Source: Nitrosopumilaceae archaeon
GTDB taxonomy: Archaea; Thermoproteota; Nitrososphaeria; Nitrososphaerales; Nitrosopumilaceae
NCBI GenBank assembly: GCA_965200155.1
Contig: CBDATR010000010.1
Span: forward strand, 416,001-480,000
Direction of reading: 5' to 3'
Length of the DNA: 64,000 nt
The first letter of the stretch is position 1. Each line of letters begins with the position of its first letter. Made by a program: the position numbers and the translations under genes. Below are positions 60,372 through 64,000 of the stretch, one piece after another. The notes under the pieces are model-generated. The model was not told the DNA's origin and did not search any database. It worked only from the letters and a program-made list of their open reading frames with translations.

Positions 60372-61319
60372 TCACCGTAGCAGGCGCCCCGCCATAATCT
60401 CTGCAGCTGTATAGGGATCCAGCTGACCGGACTTTACCGCGCCTACATCTGCCTGTAGTAGTCCGGACCACTCCATACCAAGTCGTAACTGAAACTTGGT
60501 TAAAATCATATCTCTAAGTTCTGACTCCAAGGCAATAGTCCGCCGCTGTTCCCTGTTGGCACTATTCTTCTCCAAGGTACTCCGTATTGCATCGTATAGT
60601 TCCTCTACACCAGTCTTCTCCTTTACCGAAGTTCGAAGTATTGTGGGATTGCGCCCGGAGTCACCTATGAAATCCCTAACCGCATCATACAAGGACGCTG
60701 ACGCCGGCAGGTCAGACTTGTTAACCACACAAATGTCCCCGATCTCGGTTATCCCCGCCTTTATGGTCTGAATGCTGTCACCCGTATGGGGGTTGAATAC
60801 AACCACCGTGGCATCGGATATGGCAGATATATCCACCTCGGTCTGGCCCGCCCCGACACTCTCCACGATTATAATGTCATATCCCGCATACTCCAGCACC
60901 CTTATGCTGTCACGCAGGGACGCGGACAGTGCTCCGGTTGCGCCACGGGATGCCAGGCTTCTTATGTAGACCCCGGAGTCGGTGGACTGGGTCATGCGTA
61001 CACGATCCCCCAATATGGCGCCGCCGGTGATATGACTGGAGGGGTCTATTGCAAGAACCGCTGCGTGTATATCTTTTTGCGACATTACTGTCGCGATACT
61101 GTCTATAAGCGAGCTCTTCCCGGCGCCTCCGGGACCGGTCACACCCACTATATCAGAGCCACCCGTATGTGGGAATATGGTACGCATCATGTCTGCGTAT
61201 TCGGGTGTGTGATTCTCCACTATGCTCAGCGCTCGCGCTATTGCCCTGCGTCTGCCGGCCTTGAGCTCTTTCATGTCTATGGGCATTTCATGCATCATTG
61301 TATTAACCACAATATACAT
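60372..61319 (-). CDS. meaB: methylmalonyl-CoA mutase-associated GTPase MeaB
   Basis: GVTGPGGAGKS, DPSS..GGAILGDRVRM, ESVGAGQ, NKSD; true start probably a few codons downstream. Confidence 0.93.
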   Translation of the reverse strand: MYIVVNTMMHEMPIDMKELKAGRRRAIARALSIVENHTPEYADMMRTIFPHTGGSDIVGVTGPGGAGKSSLIDSIATVMSQKDIHAAVLAIDPSSHITGGAILGDRVRMTQSTDSGVYIRSLASRGATGALSASLRDSIRVLEYAGYDIIIVESVGAGQTEVDISAISDATVVVFNPHTGDSIQTIKAGITEIGDICVVNKSDLPASASLYDAVRDFIGDSGRNPTILRTSVKEKTGVEELYDAIRSTLEKNSANREQRRTIALESELRDMILTKFQLRLGMEWSGLLQADVGAVKSGQLDPYTAAEIMAGRLLR

Positions 61320-61708
61320 TATCTTACAAATATGACCGGGGCCACCCCTTGGCCCGCCTCACGAATTTCCGTTTTCATGCGTATCTGCCCCAGTGTCTCG
61401 TGCTGGATGTCCAGTATGATAGGATGCACACCCCACCCGTATTGTGGCGGAGCCGGTAAAATCACCGTGTCATAAAAGGAGTGACCGTCGTATGTACGCT
61501 GCAGGGTCTCGGCCATGCCCTGAATCTCCATGATCACATATTCAGTACGCTCTGACTGGTCAAAAAAATGTACGTGAACGACACCGTCCGCATAGGTAGC
61601 GTTTATGTGAAAGAACTCTGGATCCTGTGGCCGGGTAATATCAGATATGAGAAAATACAATCCCAAGGTTCCCGCAAGGGCCGCGACGCACAATATGGGG
61701 ATGATCAT
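61319..61708 (-). CDS. membrane-anchored hypothetical protein
   Basis: N-terminal TM segment; coupled to its neighbours. Confidence 0.7.
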   Translation of the reverse strand: MIIPILCVAALAGTLGLYFLISDITRPQDPEFFHINATYADGVVHVHFFDQSERTEYVIMEIQGMAETLQRTYDGHSFYDTVILPAPPQYGWGVHPIILDIQHETLGQIRMKTEIREAGQGVAPVIFVR

Positions 61709-64000
61709 GCCACATTATCTATATCACGTTGCGAGGCCCGGGCGCGGAACTTTTCATATATGGACACAAGCTCCTGTGTCTGTCGCAGAGTCCGCTTAGT
61801 ACCCGGTACCGGATGCTTCCTGAAGAAGTCACCGATTTGCATTCCCTGCTCCTGAGTCAGGGCAGGCGCCATGCCGTATATTATACGGGAGAATATGGGA
61901 TTTCCGTGGCCTATCTTGGCCTCCATTTTACCCCAATTCTGCTGTAACCATGGCCATAACATTCCATATCCGTTGGGGTTCGCTGCCACGCGTAACACGG
62001 GCAGTTGCATATCCTGGGAGCGTACAGCATCAGATAATGCAAAGTCCAGTGTCTTGCGCAGCATGGCCTTGCTGCTAAATCCGCACATTCCTGATAGTAT
62101 GCGCAACTTCTCCTCTATGGACTGGTTCTCCAGGAATAGCTTGACAAACATGTCATGCAGTTTGGTCCCGCCGGGTCCGGCGGCCACCGTAAAGACAGGC
62201 TCCCGCATGTCAGGATGTACCGATGATGGATGGTCATAGAATGAGTCGGTCATGCCACGGGAGCGCATATTGACCTCCTGGTCTCCCAGATAGCCCAGCG
62301 CCTTTACGGTTATACCGCGCAAGAACGCGTATGTATGTGGATCTCTCTCCAAGGGATGCCAGCCCAGCCGCTTTAAGATGCCGGAGAAGAGAGGCCTCGC
62401 CACCTCGGCGACACGGGCATTCCAGCCCCGGCCCCCCGTCATGTTCAGCAACAATACCATATTACGGGATACGTCCATTAATGGAAGGTAGTCGTGCTTG
62501 TGATTGTACTGGGAGACCAAATCCAGATAATCACCTATGTCCACCATACCAGCGACACAGAATGCAAATGCATCGTTTTGGACACCCCACGAGTCCTTGG
62601 AAGAGAGGCGGTGTCGACCAATTTGGGATTTTATCTCTGAGTATAATTCCCCCTTGTATAATACCCGGTAAAAACCCGTACGTTCCGGATTGGCAGTAAA
62701 ACTTCGGGCCGACTCCAGCGTCGCAACACGCTCATTCATGATATGAGTTCGTATCCGGCGACCGTTTCGAAACCTGACCGGTATGGGCCAAATCGACCGT
62801 CTAGACTCAGTACCGTCTGCACGAAATCTCTCCTGCTTTAGAACGACATCAGGACCGGAGCGCTCTGCCTTTATAATGGGAAAACCGGGGCGGGATAGCC
62901 AGTCTTCCACCATAGAGCGGACAGGCTTATTCTTTCCCTCCATGCATTCCCAGAGATCCCCGCCGGAAGCATTTTTGTAAGCGAACCGGCGCAGATAGCG
63001 ACGCAAGCCTGTGCGAAATGTTACCGGTCCCACAAAGTCCTCCAGCATACGCAGTACACAACCACCCTTGTCATAGGATATGGCATCGAATATTTCCTGT
63101 ACCTGGGAGGGCGATCTCACTTCCACATCTATGGGATGGGTCGAACGTAGTGAGTCCATAGTCATGGCGCCGTTTATCGAGTCGTCCACAAACTGGTCCC
63201 AAAGGTTCCACTCCGGATGGAATACGTCCAGAATTTTTGTGGCCATAAATGTTGCAAAGCTCTCGTTCAGCCAGAGATCATTCCACCATTGCATGGTAAC
63301 AAGATTGCCAAACCACTGGTGCGCCAGCTCATGGGATATAACCTCCGCGATGAGCTGCTTGGTGCGGGTGGAGGAGTTATTCTCGTCGTATAATAGCAGG
63401 CTCTCCCGGAATGTTATGGCGCCCCAGTTCTCCATGGCACCGGCTGCAAAGTCAGGTAATGCCACAAGATCCAGCTTGGGCAGGGGATATGGCTTTGCAA
63501 AGTATTTCTCAAATTCCGGAAGTAGTTTCTTGGTCACCCCCAAGGCATATCTCCCCTGATGAGACTTGCCCGGTACAGTAACTATACGTATGGACCCTCC
63601 ATCGCTCAGATATTCAAAGTTACCCACCCCCAGATATAACAGGTACGTTGACATTATGGGTGTCTTTTTGAATTTGTATACGGTGCGCCCCTTCTTTCTT
63701 GTCTCCCGCTGTACGGGCATATTGGATATGGCAGTCATATTACCGGGGGTGATTATGGTAACTCCAAAGGTAGCCTTGCAGTCAGGCCTATCCCAGCAGG
63801 GGAATGCGCGCCGGGCATCCGCGGGCTCAAATTGTGTGGTGGCCAGATACATTGTCTTGCCGTCAACTGTGTACCTGCTCCTGTAAAAACCCAGTAACCG
63901 GTCATTTAGTGTACCGGTATAGCCAATATCCACCACACAGTCACCGGACACCTCTTGGGGCAACCGTATGTGCAGAGTCTCGGCTTTACTGTTAGTCTCA
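61705..64000 (-). CDS. M1-family aminopeptidase (PepN / tricorn F2-F3-like), 5' end beyond the window
   Basis: TQFEP..ARRAFPCWD, GAMEN, HELAH..E, YDKG; frame stays open to 64000. Confidence 0.93.
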   Translation of the reverse strand, partial: ETNSKAETLHIRLPQEVSGDCVVDIGYTGTLNDRLLGFYRSRYTVDGKTMYLATTQFEPADARRAFPCWDRPDCKATFGVTIITPGNMTAISNMPVQRETRKKGRTVYKFKKTPIMSTYLLYLGVGNFEYLSDGGSIRIVTVPGKSHQGRYALGVTKKLLPEFEKYFAKPYPLPKLDLVALPDFAAGAMENWGAITFRESLLLYDENNSSTRTKQLIAEVISHELAHQWFGNLVTMQWWNDLWLNESFATFMATKILDVFHPEWNLWDQFVDDSINGAMTMDSLRSTHPIDVEVRSPSQVQEIFDAISYDKGGCVLRMLEDFVGPVTFRTGLRRYLRRFAYKNASGGDLWECMEGKNKPVRSMVEDWLSRPGFPIIKAERSGPDVVLKQERFRADGTESRRSIWPIPVRFRNGRRIRTHIMNERVATLESARSFTANPERTGFYRVLYKGELYSEIKSQIGRHRLSSKDSWGVQNDAFAFCVAGMVDIGDYLDLVSQYNHKHDYLPLMDVSRNMVLLLNMTGGRGWNARVAEVARPLFSGILKRLGWHPLERDPHTYAFLRGITVKALGYLGDQEVNMRSRGMTDSFYDHPSSVHPDMREPVFTVAAGPGGTKLHDMFVKLFLENQSIEEKLRILSGMCGFSSKAMLRKTLDFALSDAVRSQDMQLPVLRVAANPNGYGMLWPWLQQNWGKMEAKIGHGNPIFSRIIYGMAPALTQEQGMQIGDFFRKHPVPGTKRTLRQTQELVSIYEKFRARASQRDIDNVA

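Noticed and set aside
63962-63980. ACCGTATGTGCAGAGTC resembling the IS5 terminal repeat
   Set aside because: It lies in frame within the aminopeptidase (ETLHIRLP) with no partner end; a chance match.

Overview
Chromosomal segment of an ammonia-oxidising archaeon (Nitrososphaeria/Nitrosopumilaceae-like, inferred from PEFG-CTERM and IPxW-repeat surface proteins, the LysW/LysX/LysK pathway, 3HP/4HB-cycle enzymes, uL16, DnaG and RibK/RibL). The heavy transposon load suggests a host-associated lineage. Housekeeping blocks are intact, but the spaces between them are filled with mobile DNA. There are 25 copies of a 92-bp MITE (TIR GTATGAGTTCAC, 8-bp TSD) that shares ends with a single-ORF IS66 element (one intact transposase at 45541-47088, several broken copies). 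A second IS66 family has 9-bp TSDs and its own MITEs, and there are IS5-family elements and three non-autonomous IS481 derivatives with unusually long target duplications (16 bp in two copies). Aligning repeat copies by eye shows two mutational signatures the elements themselves do not explain: dense microdeletions with a modal size of 8-9 bp, and repeated independent replacement of 6-7 bp by a quasi-conserved 13-16 nt sequence, TGGAAC-(N)GG..TTCT/TTAC. Together these suggest an uncharacterised break-repair or 'scar-writing' process. Two short lysW genes missing from the ORF track (one ending EDWGQ, one EDWGE), a Cys-rich microprotein and a tRNA(CAU) were also found. All alignments and counts were made by hand; no database searches were run.
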